64,000 bases of DNA, taken from positions 186,001 through 250,000 of the forward strand of contig BROI01000014.1 in assembly GCA_027923505.1 (NCBI GenBank), given 5' to 3'. Positions 1 to 11,036 of the stretch are shown here, piece after piece. The notes below the pieces were generated by a model. The model was not told where the DNA came from and did not search any database. It worked only from the letters and a program-made list of their open reading frames with translations. Both the position numbers and the translations under genes were made by a program. Each line of letters begins with the position of its first letter. Position 1 is the first letter of the stretch. Source of the stretch: Mayamaea pseudoterrestris (Eukaryota).

Positions 1-162
1 TGGCCAGAGTACCATAGGGGTGTGGCTTACCTTGATTTGAGTGACAATGCCAAGGAGATGACGATATTTGAAAAATTGCAAGCTGGGGGCAATGGTAAAC
101 TTTACAGAACTTGGACTTCGACTGCGGGCTGCTGATATGTAGTTCAAGCAAGTACTGCCACT

Positions 163-1773
163 TCATTGCTTGGTTATCGTCACCATTCGGCAACCAGCCG
201 AAAGGAGCCGTCGATCAGTCTCCAAACGCTCGATAATTTTCCGAGCTATGAACCTTCCCCACACTTCGTATCCCAAGTCATTTGGATGAATGCCATCTGA
301 GGCCAACAAAGCTGCTCCCACTGGAGCCAAGCTGTCCAAATCGTCGACCAAAGCAATGCCATCCAAATCAAGCTGGTATAGGTAGTCATATCCTTGATCA
401 GTCGCTAGAGACTTATAGTGCTCGTCCATTAAGCCTTTTATCTTGTTTTGTACATTGTTGCCCACGTCACTAAGCTTCAAGATGATTTTCTCGGATCGAA
501 GCTCCTCCCAGATCGAACCTTGCCGTTGCTGCGCATCAGAAAATACCTGCCGACCGGGGCTTTCCACAAACAACACAAGGTCCGGATATAGCTCAGCAAG
601 ATTCTTCTTGTTTCGATCCATTGCATGCACAAGAGGCACAAGAAACCAACTGAGTGGAACAAGATGACTGAGTATTGTTGGCTCAATTGGAAGCGCCGGA
701 AAAACAATCATGGGAGGATCGCCACCACGAGTTGAATCCATCTCATTATCGTCCGAAGAGTCGTTTACAAGACATTGTTCAGCTTCTTCTACCCGGGCAC
801 CAATAATATTCATTCTGCTTTGAAGAGCTTGTACAATGTTCACGAGTCGACTCTTGATATTGTCCTCATGCTCTGTATTGCTGGCCTCTTTGTATGGATC
901 CTTCCGTCGAGGCGTTAAAAAGGGAAGAAACGTGTCCTTCAAGTCGTTCAGGCCACATAAGATCACCGCTATATCATATTGACCGAGGAAAGCCGGCCTT
1001 AATGACTGACGGCGTAGCATTCTCGTTACTCTTTTGTTCAACTCTTCTCTCCGTCGTTCATCCCGGTCATCATGCGACTCGACAGGCACAATCACCTTCT
1101 TGAGGTTCTTGACATCGCGCTGAAAGCCAGCACTGAACCGTTTCCACCAGCGTCCAAATGGATGCGTCACTTCTTGCTCGTCCACCACGACGGGTTCCTT
1201 GTGAATTTCCCACCATTCCTTGGCAGCTCGGCGAGTCACTTCCGCGCGAATTCGAGTCTCGTCTTGCCACTCCAAAATCTTTGCAATCAGCGGCGTTCGA
1301 AGATCATCTAAATCAAGAATCTGACTGACAACTTCAAGCGACGTTGAACCTGGTGAGCCTATGCATGTCCAATAGACGGCGCGTCCGCCCATGGCCTGCG
1401 AAAGGCCTTGAGCAATCGACTCTGGTAATGCTGGAGTAGATGATTTACTCATTCCTACGCCTGCCGCCAAAGAGTCTCCCAATACAAGTATACGAAGCGG
1501 AGGTTCATTATTCAGCTTTGTTGTGTGTCGACGTAAAAGACTGTTGACGAGTCCTTGAGTAATGCTGGAAGTGGGCTGCGTTTTGGAACCCTCAACGATG
1601 ACTATTCCGCGGCTGGGCGTCTCTGGATGAGGAGCATTCCCGTGGTTTGTTCGATAATCGATCAACAGTAGAGCTCCTTGTAATATTGAAATAACAGGAG
1701 TAGATACTGCCAAGCCAAACAACCAAGGTCGAATGTTTTTTGGAAGCGCCACTGAAGAAAATTGCCTCGACAT
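163..1773 (-). CDS. SGNH/GDSL-type hydrolase with N-terminal membrane anchor
   Basis: Block I ILVLGDSLAAGVG, block III CGLND, block V DGIHPN; hydrophobic N-terminal segment; first ATG at 1773. Confidence 0.85.
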   Translation of the reverse strand: MSRQFSSVALPKNIRPWLFGLAVSTPVISILQGALLLIDYRTNHGNAPHPETPSRGIVIVEGSKTQPTSSITQGLVNSLLRRHTTKLNNEPPLRILVLGDSLAAGVGMSKSSTPALPESIAQGLSQAMGGRAVYWTCIGSPGSTSLEVVSQILDLDDLRTPLIAKILEWQDETRIRAEVTRRAAKEWWEIHKEPVVVDEQEVTHPFGRWWKRFSAGFQRDVKNLKKVIVPVESHDDRDERRREELNKRVTRMLRRQSLRPAFLGQYDIAVILCGLNDLKDTFLPFLTPRRKDPYKEASNTEHEDNIKSRLVNIVQALQSRMNIIGARVEEAEQCLVNDSSDDNEMDSTRGGDPPMIVFPALPIEPTILSHLVPLSWFLVPLVHAMDRNKKNLAELYPDLVLFVESPGRQVFSDAQQRQGSIWEELRSEKIILKLSDVGNNVQNKIKGLMDEHYKSLATDQGYDYLYQLDLDGIALVDDLDSLAPVGAALLASDGIHPNDLGYEVWGRFIARKIIERLETDRRLLSAGCRMVTITKQ

Positions 1774-2150
1774 GGTCGAAGTCGTCGGGCTTCCAGTAAT
1801 CAAGCTACTATGCTTTAGATATTATTCAATCCTTTTTTACAATCGTAGTCGAAAATCCAATTTTCGTCGTCATGCCCGATGCTCAATTTGCTTTATTATA
1901 TCATCTTCCCCCATGGTGGAATCGAAACGAACCTGTCGAAACGTCAAACACGTCGTACCGTAACTGAGACGAACGCCAGCCGCTCCATTGCACGTTGACA
2001 TCTTAAATAATACGAGTCGGCATCTCCCATGAGCGCACGCCAAACATCGATGACTTGGTTCGTGCTTCCCTCTCGCTCGACAAGAGGCGAGCGACTTTTT
2101 GATCTTCATCATATCACGCTTCGTCGTCCTTGTCAAATCTCCTTGAAGCC

Positions 2151-3647
2151 ATGAGACGGATTGCCTCATTCGCGTGCTCGCCCAAACAAAAATTGATAAG
2201 GAATGTCCTTCTCCTTCTAGTATTGTCCATTCAAAGTCGCGTCTTTTTGGAGCTTGTCGGACTGCTCCGACGACAAAACATTGAACGGATAACAAAGGCT
2301 GTTCCCCCTCTTACTTCTGAATCATCAAATTTGCAATATTCACCACCAATAAATACATATACGTCGCGGCCGCGACCATTTCCTCGCTGGGGAGAGGAAG
2401 GTATATCAATCGACAATCTCCTAGACTATATCAACGCAAGCGTCGTTGGCCGAAATTTCTCCGTCAATGTACTGGACCAAAGGTCGCGAGAAAAAGATTT
2501 CCATGTCTTCCCCGAAACGCTTTATGTACTTGACAGTGAGAATGTTTGGGTATCAGCAGAGCTCCGAAAGCATAACCGGATAGGACAGGCCAATTTCGCA
2601 AAGTACAGGGCGCAACCTTCGGAGCGCATGATGCTTTTGGCTCGGGAAATATTGCAATCCGAAGCTGATGCTACGAAGCGATGGCCAGACTTGACGACTG
2701 CCTTGCAAACTGGCGGTATTCCTTTTCTGGCCTGGTACGGAGACTTCAAGTCGTGCAACCGCAAGAACTGGAATGGTAAACGATCGATTCCTTTGTTCAC
2801 CACTTGCGCTAAAGTAACATGCGACTACGCCTGGCCAATGCCTACGTATAGAACCATCAAGGACTCTCAAGCCGAAGCAGCTTCATGGGAGGATATCATG
2901 AACAAGTCAAAAACTGACTATCCGTGGGAGCAGAAGAAGAGGACTGTCGTTTGGCGAGGAGGCTTGACTGGCTTGATAAAGAATTATACGAGTCCACGAT
3001 CACGCATTGCTCGGTTCGGAAAAGCTCATAGGCATGAGTCTTTATTCGACATTGGACTTACCGGTGTTCCCGACAAGGTAATGCAGTACAGCAACCCGAA
3101 TTTGCGATTGCTCGGTGGACTGCACAAGCCAATTTCGCCAATGGAAGACTTTCAAAAGTTTATCGGAATAATTGACATCGACGGCAACTCTTGGAGCTCA
3201 CGTTTTGGCAAGCTGCTTTGTTTCAATTCGGTTATCCTTAAAGTTGAGCCAAAATATGTCGACTACTTTCATTTCAAGGATTTGGTGCCATGGACGCACT
3301 ACATACCAGTCAAGGATGACTTGAGTGACTTGGTGAGCATGGCGTATTTCGTCGCTGACGAAAAGAATGAAGACACTGTCAGAAAGATTATTTACAATGC
3401 CAACCAATGGTGCCGTGAGAGAATGACGCATGCTTCCATTGCTCGAGACTTGTTGGACATTTGGAACGAATATACCAAGTCGCTGATGGATGGCGATGCC
3501 AATTGGATGACTCGTTGGAACCATACGAGACAAAGCATTTTTGTCGACGCAGCCTACGACATGACTAGGCTTGCGGATGTGGTCGAAGACTCTGCTTCTG
3601 CCCGAGTTCGACCCAAGGAGGCCAAAGTGGCCGTCAAGTCACGATGA
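2151..3647 (+). CDS. Glycosyltransferase family 90 (CAP10-like), type II membrane protein
   Basis: YPWEQKKRTVVWRGG, IDIDGNSWSSRFGKLL, LVPWTHYIPVKDDLSDL; N-terminal hydrophobic anchor. Confidence 0.88.
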   Translation: MRRIASFACSPKQKLIRNVLLLLVLSIQSRVFLELVGLLRRQNIERITKAVPPLTSESSNLQYSPPINTYTSRPRPFPRWGEEGISIDNLLDYINASVVGRNFSVNVLDQRSREKDFHVFPETLYVLDSENVWVSAELRKHNRIGQANFAKYRAQPSERMMLLAREILQSEADATKRWPDLTTALQTGGIPFLAWYGDFKSCNRKNWNGKRSIPLFTTCAKVTCDYAWPMPTYRTIKDSQAEAASWEDIMNKSKTDYPWEQKKRTVVWRGGLTGLIKNYTSPRSRIARFGKAHRHESLFDIGLTGVPDKVMQYSNPNLRLLGGLHKPISPMEDFQKFIGIIDIDGNSWSSRFGKLLCFNSVILKVEPKYVDYFHFKDLVPWTHYIPVKDDLSDLVSMAYFVADEKNEDTVRKIIYNANQWCRERMTHASIARDLLDIWNEYTKSLMDGDANWMTRWNHTRQSIFVDAAYDMTRLADVVEDSASARVRPKEAKVAVKSR

Positions 3648-4046
3648 TGACCGTCGTCTTATATTTGTCTAAAGATAAGAGTCTTAAATTTTTGATGAAA
3701 CATAGTTGTAAGGTACGCAATAAAGCGATCGTCCTTTTAGGATATGGATGCAAGATCGACCTCTGCGAAAAAATGAGTCCCTTCGTTTCGCATCTTGCCT
3801 TCTTCTATACAAGTTGCCAGCGAAAATAGATTGCTTTGCTCAATCATCATTGTGGGTGTGAAGATTTGATACTTTGGTCAAGCCGCGGATCTGGATCAGA
3901 GTGATTATCTTTACGAGTAACTTGTTGAATAGCTAAATCTTCTTGTCAACGGTGCGACATTTATGGAAATCCGAGATTCGAAAGATCGCGATGAAAAAAT
4001 GGCCATCTTCACTTATCAATCCACGCGAAGGGACAACTAAAGTATC

Positions 4047-5558
4047 ATGCGCTATACATCAACACGCTCCAGATCCTTATCTGTTTCCTTTGAGCAAGCG
4101 ATATGTAGTGGTTACGCTCCGGATGGAGGTCTCTTCGTTCCTGAATCGCTGCCTGAAATTGCCTTGTCGGATCTTCAAGAATGGAAGAATCTGTCCTATC
4201 CGGATATCACTACGAAATTTCTGCGTCGTTTCATCGACCAAGAGGAAGTATGCGACGCCGATCTCCATAATATTTGTATCAAGGCTTTTCAGGGTTTCGA
4301 AAATCCGCCAAACGCCGTGCCCGTCGTCAAAGTCGGTCACATGTACGTTGCAGAACTTTTTCGCGGCCCCACATTTTGCTTTAAAGACCTCGGCATGCAA
4401 GTAATGATTCATATACTGAGCTACTTTTGCTCAAAAAGAAACCAGAAGATGAGTCTCATTGTGTCAACGACTGGAGATACGGGCCCGGCCGCCGTCCAAG
4501 CCGTCAAGGACGTTGCAAATCCACTTCTTACAATTCTGGTCCATTACCCACACGAGCAGATTAGCGAGTTCCAACGCAAGCAACTAACCACAGCCAACTC
4601 TCAATATGTTAGTGTCGCTGCATTTGAAGGAGGAGGCGACGACATGGATGCTGTTATCAAACGGATGTTGGCGAATCCTCCGCAAGGGTCCGTTTGGACT
4701 GGAGTAAACAGCTACAATATCTGTCGCCCACTCATGCAAACGATTCACTATGTTTGGACTTATCTTCGCATCTTGGATGATCAAAAGATTCCTTTTTCAA
4801 GTGATCATTCGTTGCCGCTCATCGACTTTATTCTACCGACTGGGGCCATGGGAAACATTGCAGCCGGATTCATTTGCCAACAGATGAGGCTGCCAATCAA
4901 CAAGTTGGTGGCTGCAGTCAATGTCAACGATATCGTGCACCGAGCAATGTCTGTCGGTGACTTTAGCAAGTCTGATGCTATGATCAAGACACTATCAGAA
5001 GCCATCAATATTCAGATTCCGTACAACTTTGAGCGCCTCTTGTTTTACCTCACAGACCAGAATCACAAGTTGGTCAAGGAATGGATGAGCCACGTCGAAA
5101 GTGAAGGCGGACTTACGCTCCCTGCGGAGTGGCTCGAGAAGCTACAAGAAAGCTTTGTCAGTGCTCGAGTCACGGACGATGAAATGTGTGAAACAATCAG
5201 ACGCGTGCGAACGGAGAGTAGCTATTGGATTGATCCTCACACGGCAGTCGCATTTTGCGCAGCGCGACAACTCCGCTATGATGAAAGCAAGACAAGCAAT
5301 CGGCTGACAGCTATTCTTGCCACAGCTTCGCCCTGCAAGTTTCGAGAAGCGCTGCAAGTGGCAGTGGGAACGGCTGGATGGGACGATTACTTTGAGTCGG
5401 ACTTTCCGAGCGCGGCCCTACAGGTATACCAGCTGGAGGAACAACCCTTGACCATTTACAAGGCAAAGGATGGCGCATCACTGGAGGAAAATCATGTGGA
5501 ATGGGAGCGCATAGCGCGAGACACATTGAAAGATCTTGCGGAGCTTAGCAGTGACTGA
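4047..5558 (+). CDS. thrC: Threonine synthase (fungal/proteobacterial type, PLP-dependent)
   Basis: MRYTSTR start, GYAPDGGLFVP, GPTFCFKDLG (PLP lysine), STTGDTG, PTGAMGN, IDPHTAVA, ATASPCKF. Confidence 0.95.
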   Translation: MRYTSTRSRSLSVSFEQAICSGYAPDGGLFVPESLPEIALSDLQEWKNLSYPDITTKFLRRFIDQEEVCDADLHNICIKAFQGFENPPNAVPVVKVGHMYVAELFRGPTFCFKDLGMQVMIHILSYFCSKRNQKMSLIVSTTGDTGPAAVQAVKDVANPLLTILVHYPHEQISEFQRKQLTTANSQYVSVAAFEGGGDDMDAVIKRMLANPPQGSVWTGVNSYNICRPLMQTIHYVWTYLRILDDQKIPFSSDHSLPLIDFILPTGAMGNIAAGFICQQMRLPINKLVAAVNVNDIVHRAMSVGDFSKSDAMIKTLSEAINIQIPYNFERLLFYLTDQNHKLVKEWMSHVESEGGLTLPAEWLEKLQESFVSARVTDDEMCETIRRVRTESSYWIDPHTAVAFCAARQLRYDESKTSNRLTAILATASPCKFREALQVAVGTAGWDDYFESDFPSAALQVYQLEEQPLTIYKAKDGASLEENHVEWERIARDTLKDLAELSSD

Positions 5559-5696
5559 TACTACTTATACACTTATAATCATCGCGACGACCTTTGTCAA
5601 AGAGTGAAAATGATTTATAGCTAGGAAGCGCTCTAAATGAGTAGAAGCGACTAGCGAGAAACACAACTAATGTATTACCAATACATCAAAAACAAA

Positions 5697-6332
5697 CTAT
5701 ATCCTCATGCCTTTGCTACCCTTTGTCTTCGTTGTCCCACCCTTTGCCTTTGCCCCTTTAACAGGCCTCCTCATTCTTCTCATTCTCATTCGCATAGGGC
5801 TAACAGGCACTGGAATTTTAACGCCTTTTGGGCCTGCCATCTGCATCATGTTCATAGGAGGCGGCCTATTGATCATCATCCTCATTCTCATCATGTTACG
5901 CATAGGAAAAGTGTTCATTGGCATGGCCATCATCATGGTACGCATAGGAAAAATGTTCATGGGCATGGCCATTTGCATCATCATCACCATACGACGCATA
6001 TTTGTCCCTTTGGCGATTTTTGCACCCTTGGCTCCTTTGACCTTCGTGCCGCGACGGCTACGCATCCCTCTCATGTTCATCGCTGAAGCACCCAATTGCT
6101 GGACTCGCATGCCAATCCAGCTAGCCCCATCAGTTTGTTGCTGCAAGTTTCGCTCATCAAGCACCTTTCTAAGCTTTTGGTCCATCTCCTCTTCCGATAA
6201 TGTCGTCATGCCCTCATTTGCCGGTACATCGTTTAATGGAATGGACGAAGCGAGAGTGACATCAAACGCCAGAAGAATGAGGCTCAGCATAAGCAGGCGG
6301 AGCGTTGCCGTAGCACAAGACCTCCGCGGCAT
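5697..6332 (-). CDS. Secreted Met/Arg/Lys-rich low-complexity protein (silaffin/cingulin-like architecture)
   Basis: Signal peptide, acidic propeptide ending in ERNL (RXL), then a basic region with about 33 Met and KGAK/KIAK/KGSK motifs. Confidence 0.75.
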   Translation of the reverse strand: MPRRSCATATLRLLMLSLILLAFDVTLASSIPLNDVPANEGMTTLSEEEMDQKLRKVLDERNLQQQTDGASWIGMRVQQLGASAMNMRGMRSRRGTKVKGAKGAKIAKGTNMRRMVMMMQMAMPMNIFPMRTMMMAMPMNTFPMRNMMRMRMMINRPPPMNMMQMAGPKGVKIPVPVSPMRMRMRRMRRPVKGAKAKGGTTKTKGSKGMRI

Positions 6333-6624
6333 GGTGTTATAGCTTCAAAGTGATCGTGTGCGATTACTCTTGACCTGGTTGAATCCTTGTCGTTTCCGAG
6401 TCATTTACATCATCCGTGCGACACCGGAATTATCGAAACGAAAGCTCGGGCGCGGGCTGGCGCGCCATTTTGTCACGCTTGTGACGCCGTTCGCGCGAGC
6501 AACGGACACTCGTTTTCGTCGAGCAACAATGTTACTATGCTACCTTTGCTTTAACTGTAATTGCTAGTATCACACCTGAGATACATGATGCAACTGCAGC
6601 AAATCGCCACGGTGATCTTAATAA

Positions 6625-7824
6625 TTAGCTATTGTTCATTGCTGCCTTGGCAATCTTGACCAGTGAGTAGGAAGGACTCTTGTACAACGTCGCATCCAAT
6701 ATATCCTTATCGGCGCTCGCAAGCACTGGATTCTCCGAATAGAGTCCAAAGACGCGGATTCGTTTGGTTTCACCGGGTAATATGACAAAATCTAATTCCA
6801 TGTGCGAAGGAGGAGACGACGATTTCTCATCATCTGTTCCACTAGGTGACGTTGATGCTTGCTCGATGACATCGTCATTCTTCTTTCCATTTGCCTTGTC
6901 TAAAAGTTTGCCGTACTCGCTGTTAAACGACAGTCCTATGACAATACCATCTTGATCAAGAGCATAGGCAATCTTGAGCAAGTGTCCGTCAGCGTCCTGT
7001 TGTGGTAAATTGCTCGACAGCGTAATCAACAGTGGCTCTGTATTTTCGGGAAGCCGCTGCCAGTATGGCGTACCCTTTGGCTTTGAAATGGTCTGCTTCT
7101 TACAGTACAAACCATTGTCCTCCGCGCAGAAACGCTTCCACATGGTCCAGTCCACCTCTGGTTCCCACGACCGACACTCGTCCTTAGTGACAGATTTTTG
7201 TACATCTTGAACAAGCTCTTGCTTGGCTTCCAGCGATACCAACTGATACAAGTTTGTGTACTGCGCCAAGCATTGATGATGCGGATTAAAATACTTCATG
7301 CACTTGACTGCTCCATTATCCTCCTCCTCGTGGTCCTTGAAGCAGCGCTCCAGCTTGCGCCACTGCGGTCGGCATGGACCTTTTCGAAAGGTTTGACACA
7401 TGCTGCAATTCGTTTCCTCATCTTCTTCGGGAAGGTTTTCATATAAATCATCCTCGTCTTGGTCATCGTTATTGTCGTTAAAAAGGGGAGATGAAGCATC
7501 AGGGTCAACAACTTGTTCACAAGACGCAGTCGTGGTCGAATTGTTCAACATAAATCCGCTGCATCCACCACCAAGTAGAGCCAAGGCTGCGACGGCAGTC
7601 CAGTGAGACGATGCACTCTTGTATTGCTGCCATGACTGCCTATATCGTATCAGCCCTGATCCTGCGGGGTCCGTTAATTGTTCCATCCCAGGCAATGCTG
7701 ACGCAGAATGAGTAACGTTGGTGCGAGTCGCGACAGCAAGCTGTCGTAGAAGAGTACGAGGAACAACTAATGCAGTTCCAGCAACGGCACGGTGCCGAGT
7801 TGATCGATAAATTGCGCGCAACAT
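6625..7824 (-). CDS. GCK-domain (twin-Cys) protein, probably mitochondrial intermembrane space
   Basis: Arg-rich presequence MLRAIYRSTRHR, one TM, acidic linker, then CSMCQTFRKGPCRPQWRKLERC...C...HQC. Confidence 0.7.
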   Translation of the reverse strand: MLRAIYRSTRHRAVAGTALVVPRTLLRQLAVATRTNVTHSASALPGMEQLTDPAGSGLIRYRQSWQQYKSASSHWTAVAALALLGGGCSGFMLNNSTTTASCEQVVDPDASSPLFNDNNDDQDEDDLYENLPEEDEETNCSMCQTFRKGPCRPQWRKLERCFKDHEEEDNGAVKCMKYFNPHHQCLAQYTNLYQLVSLEAKQELVQDVQKSVTKDECRSWEPEVDWTMWKRFCAEDNGLYCKKQTISKPKGTPYWQRLPENTEPLLITLSSNLPQQDADGHLLKIAYALDQDGIVIGLSFNSEYGKLLDKANGKKNDDVIEQASTSPSGTDDEKSSSPPSHMELDFVILPGETKRIRVFGLYSENPVLASADKDILDATLYKSPSYSLVKIAKAAMNNS

Positions 7825-8133
7825 GATTATGGAGGTCTGCAGATTATAACGACAAAGTAAGAATGTCAAATGCGAGCAAGTAGTGAGTAATTTGATTTCG
7901 TCGCGTTTTGCACGCTTTCGTGGCTCAGAATTCCATGTCGCATGCGACATCGTCTGTCCTTGCGTCCGTCAATACACGACTGAACATGACACGAAGCCGA
8001 CGAGCGCACGGACGAGCAGATTCGTTCCTCGAATCTCGACCAAACAGATTCGCCAAACCTCGGCCAGAGGTGAGCGAGATGCGGTTTCAACGCTGCCTCA
8101 CAACATTTTGAGCAGAGTTCAATTCATCTTGTC

Positions 8134-9795
8134 ATGAATGAGCCAAACTTCATCAACACTAGCGGGCTTGTCATTGACAGGGAAACAGAGGGTCAGATGA
8201 GCTTGCCAAAGAAGCCTCTCGACGATGTTGCAGCCGAAGCGTCGTCCCGTAGCTTGGTGTCGTTCGCGCATATCACTGATGTCTCCAAGATTCGTCAGTT
8301 TCAGCAAGCTGTCAATTTCGTCTCGCATATTCCTGAAACAATTGTTACAGCTCTTGTTGCAGCACAAGATTCTGCTACATCTTCACTATCATCGACCAAT
8401 GAACCGACGAATCTTTTCGAGACCAATAGATTCGAATGCACCGCCAACGATTACTTGATCATCGAACGCCCTTTGAAAAAGGCTCGATCCGTTTCTGAAT
8501 CCTCTACAGACGGCTTTCTTCTTGCCCATCCAAGTGACACCAAATGCCTTTCTCCACTTCACACGTTCATTCGACAGCAAATCGAGGTTTTCACGGCGAC
8601 GGCAGTGGAACTAAGCGCGCCTGCACCGGGACGCAAGGTGCCCATTCTGCTCCATCAAGTCGGACTGCGCTGTATTCACTGCAAGCACAGTCCAAAGAGA
8701 GTCAAGAGAGCAGTGAGCTATCCGACGACTGTCGCTCGCGTGTACCACTGCGTTTCCGACCAACGACAGCACTTTAGCCAATGCCCATGTCTCCCAGCCC
8801 ACGTTCAAGCGACGATTCAAGCATTGAAAAACGAAGAGACAAAGCAAAAGCCGTTTTCGTTGCTGACGGCTCAGCACTACAAGCGCACCGCATGGGCTTT
8901 GGGATTGCGAGACACTGATGCCGGCGCTGTCTTTTTGGCCAAGGATGTCCCTCTCGCGGCGATTACGCCCTCAGTATCTCCTTCCCTACCAACACTGCAA
9001 CAAGTACCGTCCCAGCCACCACGTTCCAAGCTCCTTTTGAAACGCAAGCGGGAACAGTCGACGCTACCGCATGCCGTGTCATTGACGAGCATGATCGCCG
9101 CCACGGCCGCCATCTCCGCTCCTGTCATGCCACGAGCCCACAATGGTTGCCGGCTACTGTCCCTCGACCAAGATCGCTTCCATCTCAACGACGTTCACTG
9201 CTGGGTGCGCCGGCACATTGAAGCGTTTGCTGCCACCGAGCAAGATGTACTAGTCCCGTCACCGGGACGCAAGCAGCGAATCTTTGTCGGGCAGGTGGGT
9301 CTACGATGCATACACTGCGCCGGAAGCAAGCTTCGCGTCAAGCGTTCGATTTGTTTCGCTCCCACCACGAGTGCGGTGTATCACGCTGTCTGCAACATGC
9401 GATACGATCATTTCAAACTGTGTCCTGGATTGAGTGTCAAGGATCGAGCCGAGTATGAAGGCCTGCTGGAAGCGGCGCGTACCAAGACAAGTGCCGGCAA
9501 GGGTTCATCCAACTCGACCGCAAAGTACTACAAGTGCTCGGCGATGGAGCTTGGTTTAATAGACACTGATAATGGCATTCGATTCCAAGATGTGGCATTG
9601 CCAGAGGAGAAACCACAGCAGCAGGATGAAACTCTGCAGGCTTGTGCCCACGACAAAAAGTCGCCAACTATGAGCACATTGGACGAAAGTATGAAAGGTA
9701 TATCCGCATTAATGATAGCTGCATCAAACCCTGAGCTTCAGGCAGCGTTTACACAGCGGAAAAGATCGATCCAAGTTTCCCCGTGCTCTGGTTAA
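8134..9795 (+). CDS. Diatom-type protein with two tandem QVGLRCIHC Cys/His domains (putative Zn-binding regulator)
   Basis: Two copies of LxxxHxxxRxxIExFxAT...PGRK...QVGLRCIHC...HFxxCP...YxxxAxxLGLxDTD. Confidence 0.75.
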   Translation: MNEPNFINTSGLVIDRETEGQMSLPKKPLDDVAAEASSRSLVSFAHITDVSKIRQFQQAVNFVSHIPETIVTALVAAQDSATSSLSSTNEPTNLFETNRFECTANDYLIIERPLKKARSVSESSTDGFLLAHPSDTKCLSPLHTFIRQQIEVFTATAVELSAPAPGRKVPILLHQVGLRCIHCKHSPKRVKRAVSYPTTVARVYHCVSDQRQHFSQCPCLPAHVQATIQALKNEETKQKPFSLLTAQHYKRTAWALGLRDTDAGAVFLAKDVPLAAITPSVSPSLPTLQQVPSQPPRSKLLLKRKREQSTLPHAVSLTSMIAATAAISAPVMPRAHNGCRLLSLDQDRFHLNDVHCWVRRHIEAFAATEQDVLVPSPGRKQRIFVGQVGLRCIHCAGSKLRVKRSICFAPTTSAVYHAVCNMRYDHFKLCPGLSVKDRAEYEGLLEAARTKTSAGKGSSNSTAKYYKCSAMELGLIDTDNGIRFQDVALPEEKPQQQDETLQACAHDKKSPTMSTLDESMKGISALMIAASNPELQAAFTQRKRSIQVSPCSG

Positions 9796-10019
9796 CTGAA
9801 AATAAGTGAAGACGTTTCATTACATGTCTTCACTTCTACACTAATGCAATTCTGAACTCCCCACAGCCTTGAATCAGATTCATAATACCAGTACTCCTAT
9901 TAGCATGATAGCTTATCAAAATGGGACATGTATACTGGTAGTTAAGTTATTAGTTAGCAGTATATTATAGACAATACCGAACTCGATACATTCTGTACGC
10001 TTCACAAAGACTGGTGGCA

Positions 10020-10490
10020 TTATCTGCTTCCCCGACGCCGCGCTGGGTTATTGGCATTGGACGCTCGTCGATGCATGCTATGGGATCGCAAGACTGGACG
10101 AGGCTCCGCAATCCACCGGCTAGATTCTCGTTTAGCTTTGATTGGGGACGCAGGGCCAAAATCTTTGTAACAGTTAAGGCCGTTGCCGTTTTGGTTTTCC
10201 TTGAGCATGCACTTCGAAACAGGTTTAGACTTGTCAAACTCTTTCGTGTGATGTCCAGCAAAGAGGAGGCGCGGTCCTCGACCATTTTCGGGTTCTGAAC
10301 CCTCCCCATGAAACTGGATGCCTCTTCTCTTGGGCTGTTGCGTAACCTTGAAGACTTTGAATGCGATTCCCTTGTCAGCAGCGGTTGTGTCAATCAATTC
10401 GCCGCGCGCTGACGCCAGGAATACAGCCTGCAGCTGTCGGGGGATGCGGGTGTCTTTGATAATCGGAGCAACAGCAGGCTGGTGGACCAT
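10020..10490 (-). CDS. Small basic hypothetical protein, paralog A
   Basis: 156 aa ATG-started ORF; shares RIP..L and RW.AEP...R..S...NAN.P.RRR.S with the ORF at 11037-11492. Confidence 0.6.
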   Translation of the reverse strand: MVHQPAVAPIIKDTRIPRQLQAVFLASARGELIDTTAADKGIAFKVFKVTQQPKRRGIQFHGEGSEPENGRGPRLLFAGHHTKEFDKSKPVSKCMLKENQNGNGLNCYKDFGPASPIKAKRESSRWIAEPRPVLRSHSMHRRASNANNPARRRGSR

Positions 10491-11036
10491 GGTTTATGGA
10501 GCAGGTATAAAGAAGGGCGACTTTTGCGATGGCCGCGGGCAAGTTATGGGAGATATAATGCGCGATTTTCCGCGAATTCGACGAATGCGTTCCTCCCTCG
10601 TCAAAATGACCAGTGTAGCATTCGCGCGAACACTTCAGAAACTCATATTCTCGGGGCATAAGTAAAAGATTGAGGCTGCTTTCCTGTGTGACTCATCACA
10701 TGGCGTGCAGTAGCATTGCATACCGCAGATGGCACTTGTAATCGAGTGTCCTACGTTGAATAGTTTACTGTTAAGCTGGTTGTCTGTCAACGGTGCCGTA
10801 AGCTATGGATCGTCCTCACTGTACGAGTAAGTATGAATTAACATTGATGGGATTGTGCATACTAAGTAGGAAGCAAGCTATCATACCGTGTCGATGAACA
10901 TCGATCTGAGGATAAATCCTGCGCCTTGACCGCGGCATATAATAATTTTGATGGGCTAAGTTTGTTACCCGAGTGTAGTATATCATTGTAGCTTAACGGT
11001 TCGTATGGAAAATTATTCAAGAAGATGGAATTTCTG

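Noticed and set aside
5670..6342. His-rich (5670-6086) and hydrophobic (5707-6342) plus-strand ORFs
   Set aside because: Antisense shadows of the ATG-rich minus-strand gene (ATG reads as CAT/ATC); only the minus frame has a signal peptide, RXL and KxxK organisation
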